Counted from the stretch's first letter, positions 20,845 to 32,206 are shown. The stretch: 64,000 nucleotides of DNA from Promethearchaeota archaeon (GCA_030603385.1 JAUVXW010000002.1:1-64000), one strand, 5' to 3'. Notes: generated by a model from the sequence alone, not told the origin. Made by a program: numbers and translations.

Positions 20845-22623
20845 TTAAAATTTTAAAGTGCCATTCATTAGATTTTGATATTTATCTCTATCAAATATTT
20901 TGTATCGATTTGATGTAGAATCCCAGACGTAGAGTTGATCTTTTATTGTATTGATATCATAACCTTGTTTTCTGAGATTAACTTTTCTTAATTTATGTGT
21001 TCCTGTAAATTCGAGTTCATCTTTAATACGAATAAAGACTGGAATTGAGTATTTTGGGAGGTTCTCTGCAACAAAATGCGAAAATGAGTCAGTATCATAG
21101 GATTTTTTATCATACAATTTAATACATATCATACCAGCCTTTCCATCTGTATTTGGAATTTCCACCCCATATACATTACACATCTCAAAACTACCAAATG
21201 AATTTAAAATAGATTCAACTTCCATTGTAGATACATTTTCTCCTTTCCAGCGGAAAGTATCTCCATATCTATCGGCAAAAGAGACCCAGTTATCGTCATG
21301 AAGATTCACAAGATCACCGGTATTAAAATAGACATCACCCTCTTCAAGCACATTCCTTAATACTCTCTGATTGGTTTTCTTTTCATCCTTGTAACCCAAA
21401 AACGCTGAATTTTCTTCAATTTTTGCCAGCATCATTCCCGTTTCCCCTGAATTACATTCAATTAGAAAACCTCTATCATCCTTGTAGAATTCCCCTGTTT
21501 CCTCATCAACATTCACGGCAATGATTAATCCAGGTATATAACTTCTACCAATCATACCAGGTACTTCCTCAACATTAAAAAGCCCCGCAGCACCCTCAGT
21601 AGCTCCATAAAACTCAAGGATGTGTTCTATATGGAATCGAGATTTAAATTCTTCCCATATGTCCTTTCGGAAGCCCACTCCTAACATTTTCTTAAGTGTT
21701 TTGTTTTCTACATACTCCGATTCAGGACGATTAATAAGGTATCTTGGTAATTCTCCTATATACATAAAACAAGTTGCTCCAAATTTTTTGATATCTTTCC
21801 AGAATTCTGAGGCTGAAAACCGTTTTCTAAAGGCAAAAGTAGCACCTACTTGTATAGCACCAGCCCATCCTACCACCAGCGCAAGAGAGTGATACAATGG
21901 TAATGGACTATAAACGACATCTTTATTTGTTGATTCAAATGCCAACCATCCAAATGGATTAAGTATACGTCTGTTATCTTGTAAAGCCGCTTTTGGAAGT
22001 CCAGTAGTTCCAGAAGTGAAAATGTATACTGACATATCAGTCAACTGTGATCTAAAGGTTGTTATAGGATTATCGATTGAAACTTTGTCAAGTTCTTTAT
22101 GAAAATCAATAAAATCATGATCGTATTTATGAAGGTTATTTATGACAAAGACCTTGCTCCTTTCGAAATTAAGATCCGAGAACACTTCAGTAAAAGCAGG
22201 TAAACTATCACCATCAACAATAATCCATAGTGGTTCACTAATTTTAAAAGAATATATAAGTGCTTGCTTTCTTTGATTTACATTAATTAATGAACTAATT
22301 CCCTGTATTTTATTAATACCAGTTATAATTGAAATGAATTCGGGAGAATTTTCCATCATCACCGCTACAGTATCACCGAATTTGAGCCCTATTTTAAGAT
22401 AATAATTTGCTATTTTATTACTCTCTTGATTTAAAGTTTTCCAAGTCAATGAAATATCTCCATAAAGAAGGGATCTTTCATTCGGGTCTTTTTCAGCATG
22501 TCGTTCTATTATGATTCCGAAGCTTAAATTCGGATTTTCTGTTCTTTCTTCAATTATCTTATTAAGACGCACAAAATAATCTGCTTCCTTAGATGTTAAT
22601 TGAACTTCTGAAGGAATTTCCAC
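20845..22623 (-). CDS. Long-chain acyl-CoA synthetase (FATP/FACVL type)
   Basis: YIFTSGTTGLPKA, YIGELPRYL, EFYGATEG, DRYGDTFRWKGENVST. Confidence 0.92.
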   Translation of the reverse strand: MEIPSEVQLTSKEADYFVRLNKIIEERTENPNLSFGIIIERHAEKDPNERSLLYGDISLTWKTLNQESNKIANYYLKIGLKFGDTVAVMMENSPEFISIITGINKIQGISSLINVNQRKQALIYSFKISEPLWIIVDGDSLPAFTEVFSDLNFERSKVFVINNLHKYDHDFIDFHKELDKVSIDNPITTFRSQLTDMSVYIFTSGTTGLPKAALQDNRRILNPFGWLAFESTNKDVVYSPLPLYHSLALVVGWAGAIQVGATFAFRKRFSASEFWKDIKKFGATCFMYIGELPRYLINRPESEYVENKTLKKMLGVGFRKDIWEEFKSRFHIEHILEFYGATEGAAGLFNVEEVPGMIGRSYIPGLIIAVNVDEETGEFYKDDRGFLIECNSGETGMMLAKIEENSAFLGYKDEKKTNQRVLRNVLEEGDVYFNTGDLVNLHDDNWVSFADRYGDTFRWKGENVSTMEVESILNSFGSFEMCNVYGVEIPNTDGKAGMICIKLYDKKSYDTDSFSHFVAENLPKYSIPVFIRIKDELEFTGTHKLRKVNLRKQGYDINTIKDQLYVWDSTSNRYKIFDRDKYQNLMNGTLKF

Positions 22624-22840
22624 TAGTTGACACTTTATATTTTTTATTTTAAGATGTTTATTCTTATCTGAGTGAAATTATATTAGATAAAATGATATAT
22701 AAATTTTCAACTAAAAGACATAAAAGATTAAAAACCAGATTCTTCAACTAAGAACTTATTTAAAAAGTAACAATCCACATTTTATTAAATCTCCTCTAGC
22801 AAATAGTAAAAATTATAACATTTTCAATAATGAATCATTT

Positions 22841-23416
22841 ATGATAACTCGCATTGATCACGTTTCATTAGCAGTACAAGATTATGAGGGAGCTGTCGAA
22901 TTCTACACTAAAATACTCGGAGCTGTTTCACAATATAATGGTACAGATAATAATCTAAAATACTATTGGGAAACTTTTGCGTTAGGAGATCTTTCTCGAT
23001 TTGAAATAATAAAACCAACTGGAAAAGGTAGTTTTCTAGAAAATTTTTTAAAAGATAAAGAAGGGGGTATTCACCACCTCGTTTTACAGACTCCCGATAT
23101 TGAAATGATGAGAGAAATCCTTGAAAAAAATGATATCCCATATTTTGGATTCCAAAATTATGGTGATCGGTGGAAAGAGCTTTTCATCCATCCAAAAGAT
23201 GCTTTTGGTGTATTACTCCAGATTGCGGAATTTAAGGCTTCAGATTGGCTTTCTCCTTCGTATAGCATGCCTGAAGACGAAAAATGGTCTGTAGAAAGAA
23301 ATAATAAGAAATATAATCTCACTTTTGCTCATCCAGGCGGAGGTAAAGTAAAATTAAGCTTAGAGAGAGAAGAAATCAATAAGTTAATTGAGGATCTTAA
23401 TAAAATATTAAAATAA
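22841..23416 (+). CDS. VOC family protein (methylmalonyl-CoA epimerase-like) with C-terminal extension
   Basis: IDHVSLAV, GGIHHL, FIHPKDAFGVLLQIAE. Confidence 0.8.
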   Translation: MITRIDHVSLAVQDYEGAVEFYTKILGAVSQYNGTDNNLKYYWETFALGDLSRFEIIKPTGKGSFLENFLKDKEGGIHHLVLQTPDIEMMREILEKNDIPYFGFQNYGDRWKELFIHPKDAFGVLLQIAEFKASDWLSPSYSMPEDEKWSVERNNKKYNLTFAHPGGGKVKLSLEREEINKLIEDLNKILK

Positions 23417-23450
23417 ATTTGATTCTGTTGTTATATCTTCTTTATAATAT

Positions 23451-24341
23451 TCATTCTGAGAGTTTTTCTTTTATTTGAAGAACTAATTTTTCAGCTTCCT
23501 CAGAATCAGTTATAAATTCAATTTCATTAGGAGATGTTATTCCTACTCCTAGTTCTACAGCTCTTTTAATTTGTTCTTGCTCAAAGATTGGACCCTTTGT
23601 TACTTCGGGAGTTGTACCAAGAATACGTAATAATGCAACTCCAACAGCATCAATTGCAACCTTATCTGTACCTGCAACAAAGACATTTGCTTCTTTTCGG
23701 GTACCTTCCATTGGGCCACGATCTACAAAAGTTATAAGACCGTCCATGATGATTAAATCAGGTTTGTATACAGCATTAATTTCAGCAATCATTTTCCTTT
23801 GATTTTTGGAAGAGTGTAACTCCCCCATATATTTCTTATGCACTAATCCTACTGCGTTCTTAAGTGATAAGGTAAAGTGACCCCCGTACATATGAGTTTT
23901 TAAACAACAAGTTTCAACAATGCATTCAGCATCATCATAAATTTTGGCAAAAAGGAATCCATCTTTCCAATGACAGTCTTCGGTTTTTTTAAGGACATAA
24001 CCATCTTTAGGAACATCAGTTAAATCAACTATCTTTAAATCTAATTCTTCTGCTAATGTATATAATCCTTTTTTCTCAAATGTTTCAGCTGTTTTAGCGG
24101 GACCACTCCGTTCTGCAACTGTGATAGATCTTGCACCCATTTCTTTTATTTTGATGAGAAGTTGCTTAATAGTGTCCATTGAACTTGATGCAGGGGGTGG
24201 ATCAGCAGTATTGAAATTTGGTTTGAATACCACATTTTTATCTTTAACAGGATTTATTCCTAATAATTCTAGGGACTTATTTACACCGTAAATAGGATTC
24301 TTTGTAGAAGTAATTGTCAATTTGGTCATATTAAACACCAC
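23451..24341 (-). CDS. DUF362 family protein
   Basis: VFKPNFN, LKTH, TLSLKNAVG, PDLIIMDG, DKVAIDA. Confidence 0.85.
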   Translation of the reverse strand: MVFNMTKLTITSTKNPIYGVNKSLELLGINPVKDKNVVFKPNFNTADPPPASSSMDTIKQLLIKIKEMGARSITVAERSGPAKTAETFEKKGLYTLAEELDLKIVDLTDVPKDGYVLKKTEDCHWKDGFLFAKIYDDAECIVETCCLKTHMYGGHFTLSLKNAVGLVHKKYMGELHSSKNQRKMIAEINAVYKPDLIIMDGLITFVDRGPMEGTRKEANVFVAGTDKVAIDAVGVALLRILGTTPEVTKGPIFEQEQIKRAVELGVGITSPNEIEFITDSEEAEKLVLQIKEKLSE

Positions 24342-24732
24342 ACATTAGGTAGTAAATTGTATGTAAAAATTTAAGATTTGCTCATTTAAAAATAAAGAAT
24401 TTTAATATGTGTGACCTACTTTTTGGAATTAATTAGAAGCGTGAAATAAAAGATTTTACCCTCCAAAAGAATCATCATTAAGACTTTTTTAATCACTTTT
24501 TCAAGGTTTATCGTATTTGTAGTAATTCGTCGCTTTAAAATGATTTTTCTCCCTCTTTAAAATCTATTGATAAAATGTTAAATAATTAATTATTGAACCA
24601 AGTTCCTAAACTTATGCACACATATAGCTGTAATTGCAATAGAAATTTAATTATCCTCATTTCATGACATTAAAGTTAATCTATTTTATATTGATCATCA
24701 AAGTATTAATAAATAATTCATTCTGAATAACT

Positions 24733-25713
24733 ATGGGAAAATTAGATGGGAAAGTAGCACTGATAACAGGTGCTGCTGGTGGGATAGGAAGAGCGACCTC
24801 AAAGCTTTTTATTAAAGAAGGGGCTAAAGGAGTTGTAATGGGTGATATTTGGGATGAAATGGGAGAAAAAACTGCGATAAAACTCGGCCCAAATGCGATA
24901 TATCTCCATACTGACGTATCTCAAGAGTCCAATATAAAAGCAGCTATAGATCTTGCTGTTGAAAAATTTGGACGTCTTGATGTCGTGTTTTCAAACGCAG
25001 GCAATCCCGGTCCAGGGGGAGCAATTGAAGATGTTCCTACTGATGAGTTTGATAAGACTGTGGCAATCCATCTTCGAGCCGCATTTTTATGCATGAAACA
25101 TTCTATCCCAATAATGAAAAAACAAGGATCAGGATGCTTTATAACTACGAGTTCTGTAGCAGCTTTTCAACATGGAATGGGTACATTACCCTATTCTCTT
25201 TCCAAAGCAGGAATTATTCAACTTACTCGAATTGCTGCTGTTGAATTAGGTATCTATGGAATTAGGGCTAATGCAATTGCACCAGGTGGTATAGCTACGG
25301 GAATATTCGGACAAGCTTTTGGCATATCTCGAAATGGGGCTGAGAAAGTGGCAGAATTAATGAAGGGAACTCTTGCTGAGATGCAAGCTATTAGGCGTGC
25401 GGGTTTACCGGAAGATGTCGCAAATGCAGCATTATTTTTAGCGTCTGATTCTAGTAGTTTCATCACGGGAGTAACACTTAAGGTAGACGGAGGACTTTTA
25501 TCAGGAAGAATTCCACAGGATCCTGAAGAATCTCAAGAGAGATGGCTTGAAATGATACAAGCATTAGATCCTGAAGATCAAAAAATAATTACTGAAAGAG
25601 CACAAGAAGGTATTAAAAAAATTATGGAAGACCTGAAATATATAAAACCAGAGATTCGTGAAAAGATAATAAAAAGGATGCAAAGATTCGCAGCAAGAAG
25701 GAATGAAACTTAG
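24733..25713 (+). CDS. SDR family oxidoreductase with C-terminal helical extension
   Basis: TGAAGGIG, NAG, YSLSK, IRANAIAPG, ITGVTLKVDGG. Confidence 0.92.
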   Translation: MGKLDGKVALITGAAGGIGRATSKLFIKEGAKGVVMGDIWDEMGEKTAIKLGPNAIYLHTDVSQESNIKAAIDLAVEKFGRLDVVFSNAGNPGPGGAIEDVPTDEFDKTVAIHLRAAFLCMKHSIPIMKKQGSGCFITTSSVAAFQHGMGTLPYSLSKAGIIQLTRIAAVELGIYGIRANAIAPGGIATGIFGQAFGISRNGAEKVAELMKGTLAEMQAIRRAGLPEDVANAALFLASDSSSFITGVTLKVDGGLLSGRIPQDPEESQERWLEMIQALDPEDQKIITERAQEGIKKIMEDLKYIKPEIREKIIKRMQRFAARRNET

Positions 25714-25745
25714 AATAAAAATAGATAACATTTTTAATGATAACT

Positions 25746-26741
25746 ATGGGAAAATTAGATGGGAAAGTAGCACTGATAACTGGTGCTGCTGGTGGGATAG
25801 GAAGAGCGACCTCAAAGCTTTTTATTGAAGAAGGGGCTAAAGGAGTCGTAATGGTGGATATTTGGGATGAAATGGGTCGAAAAACTGCTAATGATCTCGG
25901 CCCAAATGCAGTATATATCCATACTGATGTATCACAGGAATCCGATATAAAGAAATCAATTGATTTAGCTATTGAAAAATTCGGTCGCCTTGATGTTATA
26001 TTCTCAAACGCAGGTAATCCAGGTCTTGGCGGAAGGATTGAAGAAATTCCTACGGATGAATTTGACCACACAGTTGCTATTCACCTACGGGCTGCGTTCT
26101 TATATATGAAATACTCCATTCCAATAATGAAAAAACAGGGATCAGGATGTTTCATTTGTACGAGCTCAGTTGCGGGCTTTCAGCAAGGAATGGGATCATT
26201 ACCTTATTCACTTTCCAAAGCAGGACTTATTCATCTTGTTCGAATTGCTGCTGTAGAATTAGGAATTTTTGGAATTAGAGCAAATGCGATAGCCCCAGGA
26301 TTTATAGCAACAGGAATTTTCGGGCAAGGATATGGTTTAACACGAGAAGGGGCTGAAAAATTGGCAGATTTAATGAAAAATGCTCCTTCTGATGGACAAC
26401 CAATTAGGCGTGCAGGGTTACCAGAAGATATTGCCAATGCTGCCTTATTTTTAGCAAGTGATTCTAATGGTTTTATAACAGGAGTTACACTTAAAGTTGA
26501 CGGGGGTCTTTTATCTGGAAGAATTCCGCAAGATCCTGAAGAATCTATGGAACGATGGTATAAAATGATAAGTCAATTAGATCCCGAAGAGCAGAAAATA
26601 ATAAATAGTAGGATACAAGAAGGCGCTCAAAAGGCTATTGAAGATTTGAAATATTTGAAACCGGAAATTCGGGAAAGAATTATGAAAAGGATGCAGAAAA
26701 TGGCTGAAAGAAGACAACAATACTTAAATCCTACAAAATGA
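25746..26741 (+). CDS. SDR family oxidoreductase, tandem paralogue
   Basis: Same motifs; 5' end near-identical to the gene at 24733 (MGKLDGKVALITGAAGGIG). Confidence 0.92.
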   Translation: MGKLDGKVALITGAAGGIGRATSKLFIEEGAKGVVMVDIWDEMGRKTANDLGPNAVYIHTDVSQESDIKKSIDLAIEKFGRLDVIFSNAGNPGLGGRIEEIPTDEFDHTVAIHLRAAFLYMKYSIPIMKKQGSGCFICTSSVAGFQQGMGSLPYSLSKAGLIHLVRIAAVELGIFGIRANAIAPGFIATGIFGQGYGLTREGAEKLADLMKNAPSDGQPIRRAGLPEDIANAALFLASDSNGFITGVTLKVDGGLLSGRIPQDPEESMERWYKMISQLDPEEQKIINSRIQEGAQKAIEDLKYLKPEIRERIMKRMQKMAERRQQYLNPTK

Positions 26742-26806
26742 AATGAATTATACTTTTTTTTACTAACAAAACAAATTAAAAAATAATTAAGAATAAGATA
26801 AGTTGT

Positions 26807-28096
26807 TTATACAAATGGCAAAAAGATTCCTCCATTATTCCTGCATTCCATGATTAGTTGTAGGAATCTTTCGATTGGAATTGGCATTTCTTCAGAAAGA
26901 TCGGAAAGTTTGATTCTCCCTGCTTCCATTGCGTATTTATATGCTTTTTGTAAATTTACGTGTTCATCTATATAATAAACTTTAGTTTTTTGAGTCTCTT
27001 GTCTTCCATCGAAGTAATCTTTCAATTCTGAGACAGCACAAGGTCCATTTACGATAAAGGGTCCTGGGTGTTTATCTAATTCTTTAGTGTTATGCCCTTT
27101 TCCATAAACTAAAGCATATGGTCTAATCTTTTGTTCAGGTTGAGCACGAGCTGATTCAAAAGCTAAACATCCGGTTTTGCAGGCTTTCTCTGTCCCTCTA
27201 AAGTATGTTCTGGATGGATGCTTGGGAATTGGAATCTCATCAACATCGTGCTTCAATTCGATTTTATATTGATCAATTAAGTTTTTCGAGGGAATCACAT
27301 TAATTTCTTCAAAGTTATTAGTTCCAAATCCTTTCTTAGCTGCCATTTCGATATGTACAGCATCGTCAATACCTATGAGTCTGCTCCCAATTGTATCAAC
27401 AGCAACAAGATCAGTTCCACTAAGAAGAAGCCCCATTGGCTTTTCAAATGTCTTATCAATTAATGATGGTCCAAAGTCTATAACTGTGGTTGCATCTACG
27501 ATATTAAAATCAGGTTTAAATACATTCAATGCATCAACTATCTTCTCATTTATAAGGTGATGATTATAAATTTTTTCCGCATCATAAAAAAGCCCATGTT
27601 GATTTTTGATACAAATTGTAACACCACATTGGATATGTGATTTTAATTTTGGAAGATTAATATAGGTGTTTTCTCCTTTATGTTCAACTAAGTTTTCATA
27701 TAAGATTTTTGGCATAGGAATTGGTTTATCTAATGCGATGCCGTTGAAGTCAACATCAATTGGTTCTTGTTCGTCTAGATAAAGAGGTTTTGCCCCGAGT
27801 TCTTCTATTCTTTTTGCAAGATTATCAATTTCAAAAGATAACCTAGTACAAAAACCAACAGCTGAATTTTCCATTACATAAATATTTTCAGGATTAATAG
27901 CTTCTTTTACAACTTCTACTGTTGATAAAATAACTTCACGATTAGTCATAATCTCGGGAATAGGACCTGTACCATTCCATTTAATAAACACATTTCCCTT
28001 ACAAATTGACTCAACGCCACCAAATTTTTCGAAACATTCTCTGATACAATCTGTCATTTCGCCCTCTATAGGTTTAATAAATACTGTGGATGTCAT
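26807..28096 (-). CDS. DUF362 family protein with C-terminal Cys-containing domain
   Basis: VFIKWNG, NLPKLKSH, TICIKNQHG, PDFNIVDA, DLVAVD; ACKTGC…GPCA. Confidence 0.8.
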   Translation of the reverse strand: MTSTVFIKPIEGEMTDCIRECFEKFGGVESICKGNVFIKWNGTGPIPEIMTNREVILSTVEVVKEAINPENIYVMENSAVGFCTRLSFEIDNLAKRIEELGAKPLYLDEQEPIDVDFNGIALDKPIPMPKILYENLVEHKGENTYINLPKLKSHIQCGVTICIKNQHGLFYDAEKIYNHHLINEKIVDALNVFKPDFNIVDATTVIDFGPSLIDKTFEKPMGLLLSGTDLVAVDTIGSRLIGIDDAVHIEMAAKKGFGTNNFEEINVIPSKNLIDQYKIELKHDVDEIPIPKHPSRTYFRGTEKACKTGCLAFESARAQPEQKIRPYALVYGKGHNTKELDKHPGPFIVNGPCAVSELKDYFDGRQETQKTKVYYIDEHVNLQKAYKYAMEAGRIKLSDLSEEMPIPIERFLQLIMECRNNGGIFLPFV

Positions 28097-28388
28097 AATT
28101 TTTACACTCTTAAAATTTTGATTCTATTAAGTTGCTAATTTTGAATTAGATATTACAGAAATATTATAGCGATACATAAAAATGTTAGTATAAGAGTAAG
28201 ATTTTTATACAGAATTGTTAAATTAATCAAAATTTCAAATATTGGTTTTTTTATAGTTTAAATATTTTCTAACAATCCCAACTCAGCAACTCAATAAAAA
28301 CTCTTAAAATATTTTTAAACTATTAATAAAAAATTTTTAACATTCAAATTATTCTCAAAAATAGAAGATTTCTATAAGGTTAATAATA

Positions 28389-29621
28389 ATGTCAAAGGAA
28401 CAAAAAGTCAGAAACCGTTGGATTGTTGTTATTGGTGCGATCATGATTCAATTAGCGTTAGGGTCAATTTATTCATGGGGAACCCTTACGGTATTTATTA
28501 GTCCCTATTTAAGCGAAATTAAGGAGTTAACTGTTTTTATTTTTGGAATTGGGTTATTATCATTTGCGATAACTATGATTTTTGCCGGAAAGCTACAACA
28601 AAAGTATGGACCAAGAAATATTGCCATTCTTGGAGGTGTGTTAATGGGTGGTGGTGTTATTATCTCTGCATTCATGACTACTTTTATCGGTTTACTCATC
28701 ACATATGGTATTATTTTTGGTGCGGGAATAGGATTTGGATATGTGTGTCCTATAGCTGCTGCAGGTAAATGGTTTCCAGATAAAAAAGGATTCATAAATG
28801 GGATTGCGGTTGCAGGATTTGGAGCAGGATCTTTTATTTTTAACTATGTAATAAAAGCATTATCTAATAATATTCCTTTAATGTTTATTATTCTAGGAAT
28901 AGTTTATTTAATTCTTATAATTGGTGGAGCATTCACCTTAAGTATTCCTCCTGAGGGTTGGAAACCAGAAGGTTGGATTCCACCAGTTCCTTCTGAAAAA
29001 AGTGGTATTTCAGGACTTGAATTTGAACGTAGTCAAACGATAAAACTGCCCCAATTCTGGATGCTATGGGCAACTTTTATACTAAGTGCGATTTCTGGAT
29101 TAATGGTAATTGGGTCGTATGCAGCTTTCGCAAAAACAGTTGATGCTGTTGACGATTTTATTTATGTTATTGGAACAGCGGATTTCGTGTTGATTGGAAG
29201 TCTGGCTGCGCTATTTAATGGTTTAGGAAGAATAATATGGGGAAAGATGGCGGATATTATAGCATACAAAAGAGCGATGCTACTGATGTTTATTACACAG
29301 GCAATTTTATTGTTTATTTACTTTACTACGAGATTTAATGAGATTTATTTCTTATTAATGACGTGTGCCATCTATTTCTGCTTTGGAGGAAATTTCAGTT
29401 TATTTCCCACAGCTACTACTGACTTATTCGGTTCAAAAAATTTAGGACCTAATTATGGAATGGTGTTTACTGCATATGGTATTGCAGGATTTATAGGCGC
29501 AACTATGGTAAACGCTTTTGTTTCTATATTTGGAAGCTATTTAATACTTTTTATAGTAATGGGATTGATGTCAGTTGGAGCTGCTGTTTTAGCTTATTTA
29601 ACTAAACCACCTAAACGTTAA
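28389..29621 (+). CDS. MFS transporter, oxalate/formate antiporter (OFA)-like
   Basis: LGSIYSW, KWFPDKKG, NGLGRIIWG, FGSKNLGPNYG. Confidence 0.88.
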   Translation: MSKEQKVRNRWIVVIGAIMIQLALGSIYSWGTLTVFISPYLSEIKELTVFIFGIGLLSFAITMIFAGKLQQKYGPRNIAILGGVLMGGGVIISAFMTTFIGLLITYGIIFGAGIGFGYVCPIAAAGKWFPDKKGFINGIAVAGFGAGSFIFNYVIKALSNNIPLMFIILGIVYLILIIGGAFTLSIPPEGWKPEGWIPPVPSEKSGISGLEFERSQTIKLPQFWMLWATFILSAISGLMVIGSYAAFAKTVDAVDDFIYVIGTADFVLIGSLAALFNGLGRIIWGKMADIIAYKRAMLLMFITQAILLFIYFTTRFNEIYFLLMTCAIYFCFGGNFSLFPTATTDLFGSKNLGPNYGMVFTAYGIAGFIGATMVNAFVSIFGSYLILFIVMGLMSVGAAVLAYLTKPPKR

Positions 29622-29716
29622 TGAAAATTTATTTATTTTTCATATTTTTTTTCTTTTTTTAAGACTTTAGAAGAGTGTTAATAATAAAAAGGAAAATATA
29701 CTAGATTTTTCTAATT

Positions 29717-30877
29717 TCATCTATTAGAAAATTCTTCCTTGGTAAAAAATTCGTTCTCGGTTGGAGGATAATATGTAATTTCATTTCCATTTTTATCATC
29801 TTTTTTCACAAACTCTCGTCCTTCTTTATCAATATATACTTTTCCTGAATTAATAAGCATATTATAAAGTTCTTTCCTTTTTTTAGGATCAGCTATGCAG
29901 ATGAAGTTACAATTTCCACATCGGGGATTTGTATCTGTAAAAGGGCGGAGTCCTACATTTTCAAGCGCTGCCACTTTTCCAAAAGATCGGGCAATTACTT
30001 GATTGAATTTTCTTATATTTTCAGGTATAGTATTGTCTGCAAGGATTTTATTAAATAGATTTCTGCGAAAATCATGATTACTCCAATCTTTTTCAGAAAA
30101 TTCTTTCAAACATAAATGACCTGGTGTCCAAGTGCTCCAAGTTCCATCTTCTGATAAACCGTACCATCCAGCACAACCAATTCCACATTGAGAAAATGTC
30201 CCTCTTTTTGCATAGGTTTCTTTAAATCCACCAATAATAACTGGTTGCATATCTTCTTGTTCATTTTCAGAAAAATATCCTGTTGTGCATACCTTAGAGC
30301 AAATTTTGCATTTATTACAATGATTTTCTTTAGCCATTGGGTCGGATTCAAGAGGTGCTGTAGTTAATACTCCACCCAGATAAAGTGACCCCCCATATTC
30401 TTTGGTTACTAAATTACCTGACCATCCTAGATGACCTAATCCTGCGGCTACAGCACCATATCTCAATGAAAAGTCAGGATATCGTATATCTCCTTTAATA
30501 TAATCAGGGATATCTTCTCTTGGTCTATATTTCGCATTTGGAATCACTGGAAACGCCTTATGATCCGAATTTTTTTCGATGAATTCTGAAATAATTAAAG
30601 CTGTCCGCCATGCACCAGCATATCCAATCTGTTGTGCTTTTTTAATACTCATCCTTTCTTTTTTAGAAAAATAATTCTCAAGAGCTTCAATAGGGTTCGG
30701 ATATGCCCATATTATACAACTTTGAGCGCCCGGTAAACAATAATCCATATTTCCAGATGGAGGTGCATCCTTTAGTCGTTCTTGGTTCCCAACACCTACT
30801 AATTTTGCCCCTTCATCAAGCACGATTTGCTTTATTTTATCTTTAAGGTTATTTAGATTCATTTTTTCCATAGACAA
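29717..30877 (-). CDS. QueG/reductive-dehalogenase-like cobalamin Fe-S protein
   Basis: GAKLVG, FSLRYGAVAAGLGHLGWSGNLVTKEYG, CNKCKICSKVC, CGNCNFIC. Confidence 0.75.
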   Translation of the reverse strand: MSMEKMNLNNLKDKIKQIVLDEGAKLVGVGNQERLKDAPPSGNMDYCLPGAQSCIIWAYPNPIEALENYFSKKERMSIKKAQQIGYAGAWRTALIISEFIEKNSDHKAFPVIPNAKYRPREDIPDYIKGDIRYPDFSLRYGAVAAGLGHLGWSGNLVTKEYGGSLYLGGVLTTAPLESDPMAKENHCNKCKICSKVCTTGYFSENEQEDMQPVIIGGFKETYAKRGTFSQCGIGCAGWYGLSEDGTWSTWTPGHLCLKEFSEKDWSNHDFRRNLFNKILADNTIPENIRKFNQVIARSFGKVAALENVGLRPFTDTNPRCGNCNFICIADPKKRKELYNMLINSGKVYIDKEGREFVKKDDKNGNEITYYPPTENEFFTKEEFSNR

Positions 30878-30989
30878 ATATCAATTTTATATGTTAAATA
30901 TTTATTATCTTAAAATTTTTAATTTATTGCTTAATTTGAGTAAATATTGTTATTAAATTCTATTTCGATATTTAGGTGGATAAATTTAT

Positions 30990-32156
30990 ATGAATTTCAT
31001 ATCAAAAAGTTTAGATTTTTTTCAAGAATCTGTAATTAGAGAAATGACGAGAAAAGCTATCGAAAATAATGCAATTAATCTTTCTCAGGGAATGCCTGAT
31101 TTTTCTCCTCCTTTAGAGCTTATAGAGGGCATAAAAAAAGGAGTAGAGGAAGAGGAACATCAATACTCCGTTACATACGGTAGAGCAGATTTAAGAGAAA
31201 AAATAGCTAAGAAACTTCAAAAGTACAATAAAATAGTGGTTGATCCATATAATGAAATTACAATAACATGTGGCGCGAGTGAAGCAATTGCTTCAAGCAT
31301 TCTAGCAATAACAAATCCAGGAGATGAGATAGTAATTCTTGAGCCTTGGTATGAAAACTATGTCCCTATAACATATCTAGCTCAAGGTAAACCTGTTTTT
31401 GTCCCCCTAGAAGAAGATATTTATAATGTTGATGAAGAACGATTAAAAAATAGCATCACTAGAAATACAAAAGCGATAATTGTGAATTCACCTCATAATC
31501 CTACGGGTAAGGTGTTCTCTTCAAGTGATTTTAAAACGATTTCAGATTTATGTATAGACCATGATATAATTGCTATAACCGATGAAATATATGAATATAT
31601 TATATTTGATAACCTAAAGCATCAAAGTATTGGAAGTTTTGATTCTATGCAAGATAAAACCATTACAATAAGTGGTTTTAGTAAAACTTTTTCAGTAACA
31701 GGGTGGAGGATTGGTTATGTAGCAGCAAGTAAAGATTTAATGGGTGGTATCAGAAAAGTTCATGATTATCTTACTGTTTGCGCTCCCTCGTTGTTGCAAC
31801 TTGCATCTTTAAATGCATTTAATTTGGATTCTTCATATTTCAATACCCTTAGGAATAGGTATCAAGCAAATAGAGATTATTTTTATGATCAGCTTAAAAA
31901 TTTAGGAATGAAAGTGTTTAAACCCGAAGGAGCATATTATATGTTTGCTAACATCTCTCAATTTGATATGGATGACGTAGAATTTGCTGATTTTTTAGTA
32001 AAAGATGAGGGTGTTGCGGTGGTTCCAGGATCTAGTTTCTATAATAACAAAAACAATAATAAAAATCCGGGATCTGATTATGTTAGATTCTCAATTTCAC
32101 AAAAATTAGAAACATTAAAACAAGCTATAGAACGAATTAAGAGAAAACTAATTTGA
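30990..32156 (+). CDS. PLP-dependent aminotransferase class I/II
   Basis: NLSQGMPD, NSPHNPTG, DEIY, SKTFSVTGWRIG. Confidence 0.93.
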   Translation: MNFISKSLDFFQESVIREMTRKAIENNAINLSQGMPDFSPPLELIEGIKKGVEEEEHQYSVTYGRADLREKIAKKLQKYNKIVVDPYNEITITCGASEAIASSILAITNPGDEIVILEPWYENYVPITYLAQGKPVFVPLEEDIYNVDEERLKNSITRNTKAIIVNSPHNPTGKVFSSSDFKTISDLCIDHDIIAITDEIYEYIIFDNLKHQSIGSFDSMQDKTITISGFSKTFSVTGWRIGYVAASKDLMGGIRKVHDYLTVCAPSLLQLASLNAFNLDSSYFNTLRNRYQANRDYFYDQLKNLGMKVFKPEGAYYMFANISQFDMDDVEFADFLVKDEGVAVVPGSSFYNNKNNNKNPGSDYVRFSISQKLETLKQAIERIKRKLI

Positions 32157-32206
32157 AAATTGATTGACTATTCTTATTTTTATAAATTCATATTATTTTA
32201 TCTCAT

